A DNA stretch of 64,000 nucleotides from the NCBI GenBank assembly GCA_013239625.1, contig MU054541.1, positions 248,001-312,000 on the forward strand. The letters run 5' to 3'. This DNA is from Lama guanicoe. Its lineage: Eukaryota. The notes under the pieces are model-generated. The model was not told the origin of the DNA. It saw only the letters and a list, made by a program, of their open reading frames with translations, and ran no database searches. The number at the start of each line of letters is the position of its first letter. Positions within the stretch are counted from its first letter, which is position 1. This document shows, piece by piece, positions 1-12,535 of this stretch. A program made the position numbers and the translations under genes.

Positions 1-167
1 GCCTGCTCCATCTGCAGCCAGAGGTGCTGCCACAGCTGGCATGTTCTGTCCCTTGACATCTCTCCACTGTATCTGGGGCTGGGGATACCAGCCAGAGGAT
101 GTGCACCCCAGGTGGATCCCTCCGTCCTTATGGCCCTTCATTTCAATGTGAAGATCAGAACCCAGTG
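1..167 (-). CDS. BTN3: Butyrophilin-3 IgC exon, 5' part (continues beyond window start)
   Basis: Acceptor TTCCTTCTACAG at 168-179. Phase-1 translation [56 protein letters not shown] is typical of BTN3A IgC. Not in the ORF track. Confidence 0.93.
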
Positions 168-295
168 CTGTAGAAGGAATACATGAGCCTCAATCCTTGG
201 CAGCCTCCTATATCAGTGAGGGTCTCAACAGGAATCAGATGGCACACTCACATTAGGTAATTAAAGTAGGGTTTCATTAAGAAGCTATTCACGGT

Positions 296-418
296 GGGGA
301 GGGTATAGCTCAGTAGTTAAATGCGAGTCTAACATGCAGAAGGTCTTGGGTTCAATCCTCAGTACCTCCAGTAAAATAAATGAATAAACCTAATTCCTAG
401 CACCCCCCCCCAAAAAAA
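296..418 (+). mobile_element. tRNA-derived SINE (vic-1-like, camelid)
   Basis: GGGGAGGGTATAGCTCAGTAG...GGTTCAATCC A/B boxes and A-rich tail; imperfect TSD AAGAAGCTATTCAC / AAGAGCTGTTCAC. Confidence 0.8.
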
Positions 419-839
419 GAGCTGTTCACAAAAGTGCAGATATGATGAGGGAAATAGAGCAAAGCCCCTGGGCCAGGAACACTGTTAGCACCCATCCCTA
501 CACCCAAAGGGAGGTGGGGAGAAAGCCAACTTAAAGACCTAAAAGGAGAGAGTCATGTATGAGAGGATCTTCATAAGAGCTGTGATCTTTGGGAAGAGCA
601 TGCAGCCAGCTAGAGGTGGTCCTGCAGAGAGAAAACCAGGAGATTGAGTACCCAGACCTCTCTCTCCTCCCTGCCTTCCACCCACCTTATGCTATGATTC
701 TCTACTGACCAAACCCAGCCAGAACCAACCGGGCAAGAGAGTGCCCTGAGAAAGAGAAATGCAACACTTAACATTGGACATGGACCTGGTCTTGGTGTTC
801 TTCTGTGGAACCCAAGCAATTTCATGGAACATCAACATC

Positions 840-1265
840 AGATGGGGGCAGTTTGTCACCACATCAGGTCAAGACAAAAACAAGACCAACAGTAATTGTG
901 TTTGAACATAGAGAAAAACGCAAACACTGTTCAAAGCACAACCATGACCAAATATCCCCCTGTCCTGGCTGTGAGTGATGCTGCTCCTTTACCAATCCCT
1001 GCTTTAGCCTTACTCTAACCTTCCTCCTGGATAAGGTTTATGAAGATACCCACTCACAGAATTACATCCTCCCCCACCTCCCTGAGAGCATCCAATCTAG
1101 AGCAAAGCCCGCTTCCATAAACTTTGCCCCAAATCCCCTAACAGAAGCCCAAAGCCTGTACCAAGTCTCTCTGACAGCTTCTTCCTGAGACCCTCACGTT
1201 CCCACTTGGCATGTGCTCTCTCCCTCCTGCAACAAGGATTAAAGCCAATTGGTACAACTGCAGGT
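840..1265. mobile_element. ERV LTR-like fragment in BTN3 IgV-IgC intron
   Basis: LTR-like composition only; boundaries approximate. Confidence 0.4.
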
Positions 1266-1691
1266 GTGTACCTGGGGGCCTTTGGTTGGAGAACAGTGGT
1301 AGCACAGATGCTGTCCCTATGGGTCAGTCTCCCCAGCATGCACCTGGAGGGACCCCAGAAGCCATGTGGAACGCAATTGAACCCAAACAACCACACACCA
1401 TCTCCAAGGAAGTATTTCCTTATCCTTCCCATCCCTGATGTTCCACTTCCCTGCTTAGACCCTGGCAGCCAGTGGGAGGGAGACATTGATATTATAGGAT
1501 GCAGAAGGGGTTCTTCCTGGAGGAAGACCTGCATCTTTCACAAGGGCCTCAGAGAAACAAAGTTGGAAGGCAGTGGAGGCAGTTCCCAGTGATCAGCCAG
1601 GAATGCTGAGAGGTGGATTTGGAACGTGAACTCTGCCTCTGTCCCCGGATCCCATGGAGGAACAAGCTCAGAACAAAACCTGGAGGCTCAC

Positions 1692-2039
1692 CTGCAACCT
1701 TGAGCTCCACCAAGGCTTTTTCGTAGAAGTTGCCATCTTGGAAATAACACAGGTAGTTTCCACTGTCAGAGGCTCTGACGTTGCGAATTCGGAGAGCAAC
1801 CTTCCCTGCAGTGATGTCATCTCTTAAAATTTCAGTTCTCCCTCGATACTCTGCAATCTGTCTGTCTTCTACTTCCTTCCCACCTGCGTACATGAAAACT
1901 ACCTGCCTGAGGCTGGACTGCACCCACTTCAGTTCCATGGTCTCCGCGCTCATCTTTGGGGACAGGTGACAGGGCAGCTCAGCGTCTTCACCCACTATGA
2001 CCAGGACGGGCCCAGGGGGTCCAATCACAGCAAACTGAG
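1692..2039 (-). CDS. BTN3: Butyrophilin-3 IgV exon (348 bp)
   Basis: Acceptor CTTTTGCTGACCAG, donor GTGAGC, phase 1/1. Translation [39 protein letters not shown]...[25 protein letters not shown] has both Ig cysteines and the conserved Trp. Confidence 0.97.
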
Positions 2040-2276
2040 CTGGTCAGCAAAAGGGGGAAATTCCATTAGAGGGAGTTGGGGCCATGATGGTAAGAGGGTG
2101 TCTCAGGCAGAAAACCCTAGAGAGGAACAGGATCCTGACAGAAGGGCATCTGTCTTAATGGCATGTGAACCTTCAGTTTACGCTGGGACTTCCTGGAATG
2201 AGGAGTCTAAGGTTCTGACTGGGTGCTAACAGGTAATTGTTTACTTCAGATCCATAAAAGTAGAATCGTTCCCTAC

Positions 2277-2361
2277 CTGAGCAGGGGGTAAGCAGCTCGA
2301 CCAAGACGAGGCAGACAAGGAGGTAGAGCCGAGGGGAATCTAGGGACCTGGCCGTTTTCAT
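2277..2361 (-). CDS. BTN3: Butyrophilin-3 leader (signal peptide) exon, 85 bp
   Basis: CACAG|ATG, MKTARSLDSPRLYLLVCLVLVELLTPCS, donor GTAGGG; splices in frame to the IgV exon (G|CT = Ala). Confidence 0.92.
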
Positions 2362-3419
2362 CTGTGATGCAAACAGAGAGACACCAGAAGGAGTCAGGGA
2401 GAAACGATGAGCTGAAAAAGATGGAGAATTCGGCGTGGAAATCTCCATCTCCCCAGGGCAGTCTCGGGGCAAACACTCCATCACTAGTGTGATGACCCAA
2501 GACCCTTTTCTGCCAAAATGTCTGCTTGGGAGTCTCTTCACCTTTGAGTTCCAACATGGAAAAATCTCCCATAAAAATATGTATGTTTAGTGTACAGACA
2601 GTAACCCTAACCCACCAGGAAAATCTTTAGCTCTACTACATTAATATGTTCAGAATCCTTTCACTTGCTCACACTTCCCCAGCTACGCCAGGTCCAAGCC
2701 TTCACCATCACACTGATTAATACAAGACCCTCTTCTCTGGGTCCCTGATTCTGCTTGTGTCCCCAGTAGTCTCAGCACAACATCCAGAACATTCCTTGAG
2801 TCACATCCGGTCACTTTTCTACTTGGCACCTTCCAGTGGCTCCCGTTTCACTCAGAGTAGATGCTGAAGTCCTTCCAATGGCCGGCGTGACCCTCCAGGA
2901 CCTGGCAGTCCTCACTTCATCTCCCCTGCTCTCCCTGTCTCTGTTCCAGCCACACTGCCCTTCTTGCTGGTCCCTGAACACAGCAGGACAGAGTACCTCT
3001 ACAAAGGATATTGGTCTATTTTGTTTCCTGATGTATAAGAAGCTTGTAGAACAACGTGCAGTTAACATGGAGCCCTTAGTAAATATTTGTTGAATGAGTG
3101 AATGGTTACATATTAACCCATCAATACTCACTAGCATTTTATTTCAGTTTAGATCATCGGATGAATTGGTTGTCATCCAATAAGAGAGGGGGTGGAGACT
3201 TTATAAAGATAAGAATTTTTCTCCATAATGACAGTGCCCTTTGGTCTGGCTTAGAGAGCAGAGCCTGGCCTCCTGTGCTCCCACTGGGACTTGCCTATAT
3301 TAATGTGTTAATTTCTATTTTTCAATAAAATGGTTTCAAGGGACAAGCCCGTCCTGGGTATGTAAGTATAAGAGTTGCAACTTGATGTTCCTTGGTGCAC
3401 TCTTTTCACAATTGTTATT

Positions 3420-3520
3420 TGGGGGAGAAACATCCCTGGAAAGGAAATGAACCATGTGCTTACTAAGGCTCCTTGGCAGATGGCCTCTGGGCTCATCAGC
3501 AATGGATAATTTCCCTGTCA
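3420..3520 (-). promoter_or_regulatory. Candidate BTN3 promoter with ISRE-like and NF-kB-like motifs
   Basis: GAAAGGAAATGAA (~3439-3451) and GGATAATTTCCC (~3504-3515), about 1.1 kb upstream of the ATG exon. Motif match only. Confidence 0.3.
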
Positions 3521-3795
3521 TGGTCTTTGCACTAGTAGAGAAGTGCCTTTTAGTGGAAGAGATGCTAATACTTGCACGGAAGGGGCAAATATGTTAACCT
3601 AGAAGCACACAGCAGCCCATCACAGCTCATGCCTCTATGAAGTGCTAAGGTGCTCCCAGCTCAGAGGCAGGGCGCCTGTAACTCCCCAGTCCTGGCCTAA
3701 TGCTTCCAAGTGGATCTTGGCTCAAAAAAATCACCTCCATCAAATTTTAGACATGGTCTGTGGCATCACTGACCATCTATATTTTGTTTTGTGGC

Positions 3796-3911
3796 TTTTT
3801 TTTTGAGGTGGGGTAGCTAGGTTTATTTATTTATGATGGAGGTAAAGGGATGTGAACCCAGGACCTTGTGCATGTTAAGCATGCACTCTAATCACTGAGC
3901 TACACACCTCC
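3796..3911 (-). mobile_element. tRNA-derived SINE (vic-1-like)
   Basis: Minus strand reads GGAGGTGTGTAGCTCAGTG...GGTTCACATCC with an A-rich tail. Confidence 0.75.
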
Positions 3912-6900
3912 TCGCACTGTGATAAAGGAAGTGTGGGGCCCTTGCCAGCAAGCCAGGCTTGATTCTAGCTGGAGTTCTAACTTGGCTTCCATCCCAACCA
4001 CCCCAGAGTTAGTTGCATCCCTAAATAGTGGACAGCCCTAGAGTAGGATAGAGAACTCCAGACCTGGCCCTCTCCCTTCTCTCAGCATGTATTTCCTCCT
4101 TCCCAAAGATGCCAGATGGAATGGCTTGTTGACAACTGACTCAAGGTTGTGCCCAGCTGGGGAGCAACACTGCTGTCTCCTCTAGGCCCCAACCTATGGC
4201 CATCACAAGTTCAAATCACTCTCCCACCAGACTCTGGTCAAGATCTAAGCAGACTCCCTGGTGGAGGCTCTGGAGTCATCAGGGGCTGAACCTACCAATT
4301 CTTAATCCCAAGGCTAGTGAATGGGAGAGTTAGGAAGAAGATCTGGTCTCACCCATGTGTTTTCATTCATAGTCATTCAACAGATGTTGCCTGAGCACTC
4401 ACTATGTGCTAGGCCCACGACGTGTTAGGTGTTGGAAATAAAAAGGGTGTGGGAAGTAAGTAATGGCACTACGATTCACAATCTCTGTGATCTCAGTCAT
4501 GTGACAAAATGTATTTGCACTTCAGTTCCTTATAAAAATTGTGAAATAGGAACTTGAGAATATGCATTATTGGCTCAGCAATTTCACTTTGAGAAATCCA
4601 GCAAAGCACTTGCAAGGATCTAGAGAGAAGCATGTGTAAGGAAGGCACTGCAGCATTATTTTTAAAAGTGAAAAAATGATGAACAACCTAACGAGCCACT
4701 TTAACCACTAACAGGGAACTGGTTAGTTAAAGGCATGTCTGTATGAAGGAATGCAATGTGGCAATTGAGTGATTTATAGTTGCAAACCCAGAATCAAGAC
4801 ATATTAAGTAAACAAAAAGCACATTGCAGAGTCTACTAAAAAACAAAAAGCAAAGCTTAAACAAAAACAAACACAAAAACAAAGCTAATCATTTGTATAT
4901 ACATTTTATATAATTGCCTGAAAGGAGATCTGAAGGGATACGTGCTAAACTGAGAGCTGGAGATTAAGCGAAAGACGCTTTTGCCCTTTGCCCTCTATAC
5001 TTGGAAAATTATTTGGATGTTTTATGTTTTATATATTTTCAGGTTTTACTTAGCAATGAAAAATTGTTACAATAATTATGATGACTGCAATATATTAGTT
5101 GTTCAGAAAATCCCAAATCCTATAAATCAACTACACACTAGTAAAAACAAATTTAAAAAAAAAAACCAACTCCTCACACGAATTTCCCCAAAGGAAACTA
5201 GCATGAGGCCCTCATTCATACCACCTGCTGCTGTGGCGCCTGTCCCCGGCAGGCCTGCCATATGTGGCGGGGTGAGCTGAGGAAGAGCCGCGAGCAGAAA
5301 TCAGGGAATTCTTTGGAGCCCTGCCTGAAATCTGGACAAACTCTCAGGTAAAATATTGCCTTTCACCATCTCCTCTGCTCTTCAAAACTGCTCTCTGTGC
5401 TGCTACAGAGAAGACAGTATTATTGTTATTATATATATGTAACAATTTCAACACTGTCCTCCGGGTGAGGAATGTATTTTCACTAATGTTTCACTAATAA
5501 TATCTATTATTCTTTGTTCCTGAATAGAGACAACTTCAAAAATGGAGAAGAATATGAAGGAATAAAATTTAAATAATCTGCGATGGTAATCATATACTTT
5601 ACTTCATGGCAATATAAATATTTTGAGGAGTATTTTGGCCATAGATATATACCAAATGCCAGAAAAAATGTTTTATGTTTTAACCCAGAAATTCCACTTG
5701 TAGAAATTCATCTTAAAGAAAAAAATTCCGGTATTAACACAAACATTTATGCTTGTGTTAAACATTTGTGTTTGTGTTAAGACTGTTCACCACAGTAAGA
5801 TCTACAATAGCAAAAAGCAGATATAGTTTAAATCACCAAATGGAATCCAGTTTTGTTACAATTAGAAATAAAAACTCTTTATTAAAAATATGATTCCTAA
5901 TGACTATATGAAAATCCCTTTTGTGATTGGACAATGAGTTTTTATCTATTCTCCAACTGTTGTATATGTAGGTTGGTTCAGATTTTTTTTTTAATTACAG
6001 ATAATTCTGTAAAGAACATCTTTACATATAAATATTTAAGGCACATCTCTTTCAGAATATCTTAGAACACATTCCCAGGGATGACTAGGTGAGATAAGAG
6101 TCCTTGGCTCCTTTCTGACCACAATAAGTTCCTAAGAACATGCAGTTGACACATTTTCTCATTCAAGGTGTCTCCTTCCCACAAATTTTCAAATTCAGGT
6201 CTTTAGCCTTTACATTGCCCTCCCACCTCCACCAGTTTACCAACCCTGCCCCCCACAGGCACAAGCACCAGTCCCTTTCTCTGGGTGAGGACCTTCCTGT
6301 AGGTCTACTCTCAGCTTTTCAGCCTCTCTTCCTCCAGGGCCAGTGGCCTTGGCTTTTACCAATTTCCCCCCACTTACCTCTTGGCAATTCCATCTGAAAG
6401 TTACAGCCCACAGAATGAAGACAATCAATTGTTCTCCATTAGTGATAAGAGTCTCTGATCTGGAAGAAAAAAACAAAAGAAAGATGCCTGCTCACTCTGG
6501 GAAACAGTGAGTCGTTCTGTGGCAGAGTTAGTTTTTGGATTGGCTCCGAGGGGTGTTACTCATCAGTTGCTGGGCAGAAACCAGTGGGGAAGTTTAAAAT
6601 GAAAACTGAAACTGTATTGGATTGTATATGAAGAAGAAAAATTCCAGCCTTAATTCTCACACTGTTTGTGTCACTCTGTGTTTCCCTTATTGAATCATTC
6701 ATGTACATGTATGTGCATAATCAGTATTTCATTATATATACCTGTTTTATGTCTTCTAGATGAAAATAGATTTATTTTATATCATAGTAGATTTACTGCG
6801 TAGAGAAATAAAAGATTTTAATGAGGGAAGAGAGGAAGTCATGCATTAAGTGAAATGTTTCTGTGACTGTTTGCTGACATCTGTTTGCATGTAGATGGGC

Positions 6901-9069
6901 ACATGATGGAGCCAACTGAAAGTATGAACAGAAAGAAAAACAGACTCGCTTCGCCTTTTTTGAGCACCTCTGAAATTCAGGCCTCAGATCCACTACCAAA
7001 TAATTGGAATTATCAGGTTTCCCAAGGCAGTGCTGTCAGTGATTGGTGGGCGTGTTTTACATTTTTGAGAAAATTCTTATTTGGAACATTACTGAGAAGC
7101 CACATTCACCCTCTGAGACTTATTTGTGCTACATTTGTATTTCATATGTATTTCTTTCTACTCTGCCAGCAGGATCATGTCTGCTCCAAAGTTTGACTCT
7201 GGAGAGTCTGTGAACACTGTTTCTGTGAGGGGTCTTTGGGACGAAGTGGTCCTACCTGTGGCTTAGAGCCTCCCAAGACAATTTATTTGCCTCTCAAGGC
7301 AGTGATTAAAGCTCCTAGGACTTTGATATGACTAGGCTGATGGAATTTAATTGTATTACAACTGTTTGAATTTAGGCTCTGTGATAGAGGTGCCTGTTGT
7401 GCAAGTTCTATTTTCGGCTCTTTTTTTTTTTTTTAATGTACAAAGAGCTATCATTCTCTCTGAGATAAGGTAGATGTCCTGGATGGCCCATTCAAGGAGA
7501 TTCACTTAGTCCACTTAATGAAGCTGACGTAACTTGTGTCCTGATGAAACACTGGCAGACACAGTATTTCTGGCTCAGACTGTGTGGGGTTGACCAGATG
7601 CAGCAGGACAGCCCTGGCCAGATTTTCTCTGGTGGCTCCAGTAGAGCTGGGAGTGTCCCATCTTACTTTCTCAGATACAACAAAGCAACAGTTCCCTGTT
7701 TCTTAGTAATCACATCCCCCTTATAAAGAAGAGTGGCCAAGGAACTAAGTTTGAGCCAGTGATTTGTAGGCAGAAGCTGTTGGGTTGTGTTTCTCAAGAG
7801 AGGTCCGCATTCTTCTACATTCTCCTTCCTCTTGTGCAGAATGTGGTCTTTGTGGCTGGAGGGCAGTGACCAGCTTGTGACCATGAGGCAACCTTGGATG
7901 GAAACTACACCCAGAGAAGAAGGACAGCAGGACACCGGAGCATGGACGCATATCTGAGCTGCCAGACCCGCTCTGGACAGCTGCCCTTCTGAATTCACAT
8001 TACGTAGAAGGAAAATAACCCCTGGGTTTTTTTTTTGAGCGCAAGGTACTCTTGCTCTCTTTTATCAGGAGCAAACACAATTCATCCATCCCCAGCCCCA
8101 ACTATCAACACTTTATCTTGAAGATTTTCAAACAGATAGCTAATTTTTCAGTGAACACCTAATACACCTACTGTCTAGATTCTGCAGTGAACATTTTACT
8201 ATACTTGCTATATTATAATCTATCTTTCTATTCATACCCCATCCATCTCTCTTTATTATTTACTCCAGCATTTATTATTTATTTATTTGGTGACTTCCAA
8301 AGTAAGTTGCAAACATTAGTACCCTTTTCCCTGGAGACTTCAGCATACCTATCAAGTAGAAGAATACACTTCTGAAATGCTTGAGACACCATAAAAGTAG
8401 GAGTTCCTTTCAGTGATATGTTCTGAAATGTTCTAACTGTTCTAAATGATCAGTGGGTTATTTTTATCTGAGTATCCCTAGCTCCTGAATGCCTAGCCAT
8501 CCCTATCTTTGGTACCTGGCCCCAGGTACCTAGCCACTCCTTGTAAGAGTCAGGACTACCTCCAATAGGCTGTGTAAACAGGCAAGCTCCAGGACTGCCT
8601 CTCAGGAACAGCCTGAGGCAGGGACAAGCACTCAGGTCCCTTTTGTCCCTTCTCTGACATCTCCTCAAAGAAATGCTCCCTTTTCTGCTGATACTGCAAG
8701 ACAGGACTTGATGTTCTGGAGGACCTGTAGGATGTAGGTCCCCACAAATCACCTGAAGAATGGCAGGCATAAAATCACTTATAATAGAAGCTGAGGAAAG
8801 GCATGGGATTGAGTTCAGAAATAAAATAAAATAGGGAGTGGTCATTACATCATAGATGGGTGAGAAAGTAAAACATAGCTCAGAAAGTAAAAATCAGCCC
8901 TCCCTGTCATCAGCCTGGGATAACAGACATGCTTGATAAATAAAGCCAACTCCATAGTTGGAGAAATAGTATTCCTCCCGCGGTCATGCTGCAGCTGCAA
9001 AGGGGCAAAACAAAAGCTTCCTGCTTTCTGACTCACTGGGAAATTTTGCTTTTAAAATTCACAATCTAT

Positions 9070-10107
9070 GGGAGAAAATATTTGCAAATGATGCGACTGA
9101 CAAGGGCTTAACTTCTAGAATATACAAGCAGCTCATACAACTCATGAACAAAAAAAAAAAACAATAAAAAATGGGCAGAAGACCTAAACAGACACTTCTC
9201 CNNNNNNNNNNNNNNNNNNNNNNNNNNNNNNNNNNNNNNNNNNNNNNNNNNNNNNNNNNNNNNNNNNNNNNNNNNNNNNNNNNNNNNNNNNNNNNNNNNN
9301 NNNNNNNNNNNNNNNNNNNNNNNNNNNNNGTGCACAAATGATAAACTCTGGAGAGGGTGTGGAGAAAAGGGAACCCTCCTACACTGATGTTGGGAATGGA
9401 ATTTGGTGCAGCCACTAAGAAAAGCATTATGGAGATTCCTTAAAAAAACTACAGGTGGGTTTACCATATGATCCAGCAATCCCACTCTTGGACATATGTC
9501 TGGAGAAAACTCTAACTTGAAAAGATACATGCACCCCAATGTTCATAGCAGCACATTTACTATAGCCAAGACAGGGAAGCAACCTAAATGTCCATTGACA
9601 GATGACTAGATAAAGAAGGCGTGGTGTATATACATAAAATGGAATACTACTCAGCCATAAAAGAGAATGAAATTATGACTTGCAGCAACATGGATGGACC
9701 TAGAGATTATCATACTAAGTGAAGTCAGTCAGACAGAAAAAGGCAAATATCACATGATATTACTTAAATCTGGAATCTAAAAAAAATGAGACAAATGAAC
9801 TTATTTACAAAACAGAAACAGACTCAGACACAGAAAACAAATTTATGGTTACCAAAGGGGAAAGGCAGAGGAGTGATAAATTAGGAGTTCGGGATTAGCA
9901 GGTACAAACTACAATATATAAAATAGATAAACAACAAGGTCCTATTATATAGCACAGGGAACTATGTTTAATACTTTGTAATAACCTATAATGAAAAAGA
10001 ATATGTATATATATGTATAACTGAGTCACTAGGCTATACACCAGGAACTAACGCAGCATCATAAATCAACTATACTTCAAAAAATAAATTAATTTAAAAA
10101 ATAAAAT
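9070..10107 (+). mobile_element. 5'-truncated LINE-1 (ORF2 C-terminus, 3'UTR, A-rich tail)
   Basis: ATGGGAGAAAATATTTGCAAAT and GATCCAGCAATCCCACT L1 motifs; 16-bp TSD AAAATTCACA(A/G)TCTAT at 9054-9069 and 10108-10123. Confidence 0.92.
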
Positions 10108-10454
10108 AAAATTCACAGTCTATCAAAAGCTTTGCTACTGGAAATCATATCAATAAGAATGAAATAGTCCCCTCTTGCCTAGAGATCCAAGCTACTTCGA
10201 CACAGAGAAGCAGCCTTGATTTCCAGCCTAGATGCTGAGCTTCAGAGAAGGGATTTCTAGGCACAACATTTTGTATCTCTTAACTTTATGGCATCCAAAG
10301 AAATAGGCTCCATGTCTACTTCTCATCTCATCACATGAAGCCCTGGGAGAGAAATGTATATGAAATGAAGCCGGAAAAATTCATTGATTCAACACATTTT
10401 TATTGAGAACCTGACGTCTAGTAGGTATCAGGCACTGAAGATAAAACTGGTGGC

Positions 10455-10640
10455 AGAGGTAGCATTATGGAGTGGTTAAACCATAGAATCGGAAGCCAGG
10501 TTGCCTGCGTGAACTATACTAGCTGTGTGATCTTGGACCAATTACTTAACCTCTCTGTGCCTTAGTTTTCCGATCTGTAAAATAAGGGTGATAATAGCAC
10601 CTGTCTTTTGGGTTGTTGTCGTGAGGATGAAATGAGATAA
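10455..10640 (+). mobile_element. MIR SINE
   Basis: MIR core CTAGCTGTGTGATCTTGGACCAATTACTTAACCTCTCTGTGCCTTAGTTTTC. Confidence 0.75.
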
Positions 10641-11477
10641 TTCAGGCAATTTTCTTACAACGGTGCTTCATACAGATGAAGACATAAAAATGTATGTGCA
10701 GTAAAAGGTAAATTTGATCTTCCTTAGAATTGATAGATTGGACCATCCTTTGAGGAGTGTGAGATGCCTGGGTTTGATGCCAAAGAAATACAAAACTGAA
10801 GGGTAGGCTTCTAATCTTAACTTTAGGCGATAAGCCTGATAGATACCGATAACAAAATGTATACAGAAACTCCTTTTGTAAAAAATAGGTAGACATGTAC
10901 ATAATAATAATTCAAGTCCCTTTTGTACAATTGCACTTTCAAGAACTTATCCTAATGACAAGTACAATTTGGAAATTTATTCTGTGATAGTGACCAGAGA
11001 TATGCAAGACGATTTACATACAAAGATGTTTATAGTAGCATTATTTGTAACAGGGAAGAAAGAAACCCATCCTGATTATAAATGACATTAGATTAGTAGT
11101 TAAGATTTGGTGTTAAGTAAAAGAAGCACATCATAGGACAATATATATAATCTGATTTTTATTAGAAAAACTGTGTGTATTTGTATAAGCACAGAAAAAA
11201 GTAAAGAATATGCGCTTAACTGTTGATGAAGTAAAATAATTTCAAGGTCAGAAAATATTTAGGGGAAAGAGCAGTAAACAAATACACAAACTGGAAAAGA
11301 AATCTTGAAAAATCTGGGATGAAAAAAATGTCATTGAAAGGGCGATTGCGATTGCCCTTATAAGGAATGATTGTCTTCTTAGAGGTGGTATGATTGCATT
11401 AGCTGTCAGAATGTTGAAGGCAGCATCAAGTTCCAGACCAGCAGGGTGACTTGGAGAAGTGGCTTTTCTCTGTGCAC

Positions 11478-11483
11478 TTTATT
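11478..11483 (-). other. Candidate polyadenylation signal (AATAAA) of the B30.2 butyrophilin-like gene
   Basis: TTTATT on the plus strand, about 535 bp downstream of the TGA at 12018. Confidence 0.4.
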
Positions 11484-12017
11484 TAGTCTCTCCCACAGTT
11501 ATTTGTGAGTCAAAATGAAATAAAGTCCATGTATGAAAAGACTGAGGAAACAGCCAAGCCCCATTCAGATGCAGCTTCCTGCTTTTATGCAGGCATTAAC
11601 GACAAACACTGCTTGTGGGCACTGGCTTTTCTTTTCCTTCTTTTCCTTTCTTTTCTTTCCTACGGGAGCTCAATTTCATAGGTCACTCTTCGCCCTGCTA
11701 GTCTTTCTATCAGTATCTCGTCTCTGCTTTCTTTGGGGTTTCTTTATCTCATTCCAGCTGGGATGGCAACAGCAGACAGGCCCCCTTGACAAGATTCTGT
11801 AGGGTCACATTGCCTTTCTTGGTCCTCTGCGCCACTTAGCCCTGGAGAATTATAAACTGTCCCCAGCCTTTATCTACAGCAAAGATCAGAGGGGCTCAGC
11901 CTTCACTGCTGGCTTGGCTGGAGCCCTGGGCCCTTGTCCTCAGAAGCAGCTCCTCCACCCCAGTGCTGAGTTCTCCCCTGGACATTCAACTGAGAGAAAG
12001 TCTGGGCACAGATGGCC

Positions 12018-12535
12018 TCAGTGGCAGATGGTCAGAGGGGTTGGGTGATAGAACCAGAGGCAGAAGAAAGGCCGGAGGGGCCCAGAGAAGGAGGCCTGGG
12101 GGAAAGTGTAGATGTGGGACCCGTCAGCCCCACTATAGAAGGAGACATCCCCAGCCTCATAGTCCACGAAGATCCCCACCCGGCTCAGGGGCTCGCCCAG
12201 GGGGAGGGCGGTCCGAGGGGAGGTGAGGGCTTGATACTTATTAGCATAGAGTTCCATGGCCCAAAATCCATTCTGAGGCGACTCTGTGATTCCCCATGTC
12301 CTTTCCACGTTTTCCTCACAAACCCCCAGCTCCCAGTAAGTCCTGTCACCCACGTCCACCTCCCAGTAGTGTCTCCCCGAAGAGAAGGACTCATGACCCA
12401 GCACACAAGGGTCAAAAAAAAACCTTCCAGTTCTCTCGGGGAGATCCTGCCACGTATTTCTCCGCCTCACACTCCGGTGATCTTCAGACAGAAAGAGTTC
12501 AGGGTAGGCAGTGTCTGGATCCAGAGTCACGTGAG
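12018..12535 (-). CDS. Butyrophilin-like gene, terminal B30.2 (PRY-SPRY) exon
   Basis: Acceptor CTTTCTGCAG. Uninterrupted AHVTLDPDTAYPELFLSED...GRHYWEVDVG...VGIFVDYEAGDVSFY...FSGPLRPFFCLW...PLTICH*; resembles BTN1A1/BTN2. Confidence 0.93.

Noticed and set aside
296-370. tRNA-Ala genes at SINE heads
   Set aside because: Poor stems, A-rich tails and TSDs indicate SINEs.
1549-2028. 159-aa ORF as a complete secreted IgV protein
   Set aside because: It is the BTN3 IgV exon reading through its donor site into intron; its start is an internal GTG.
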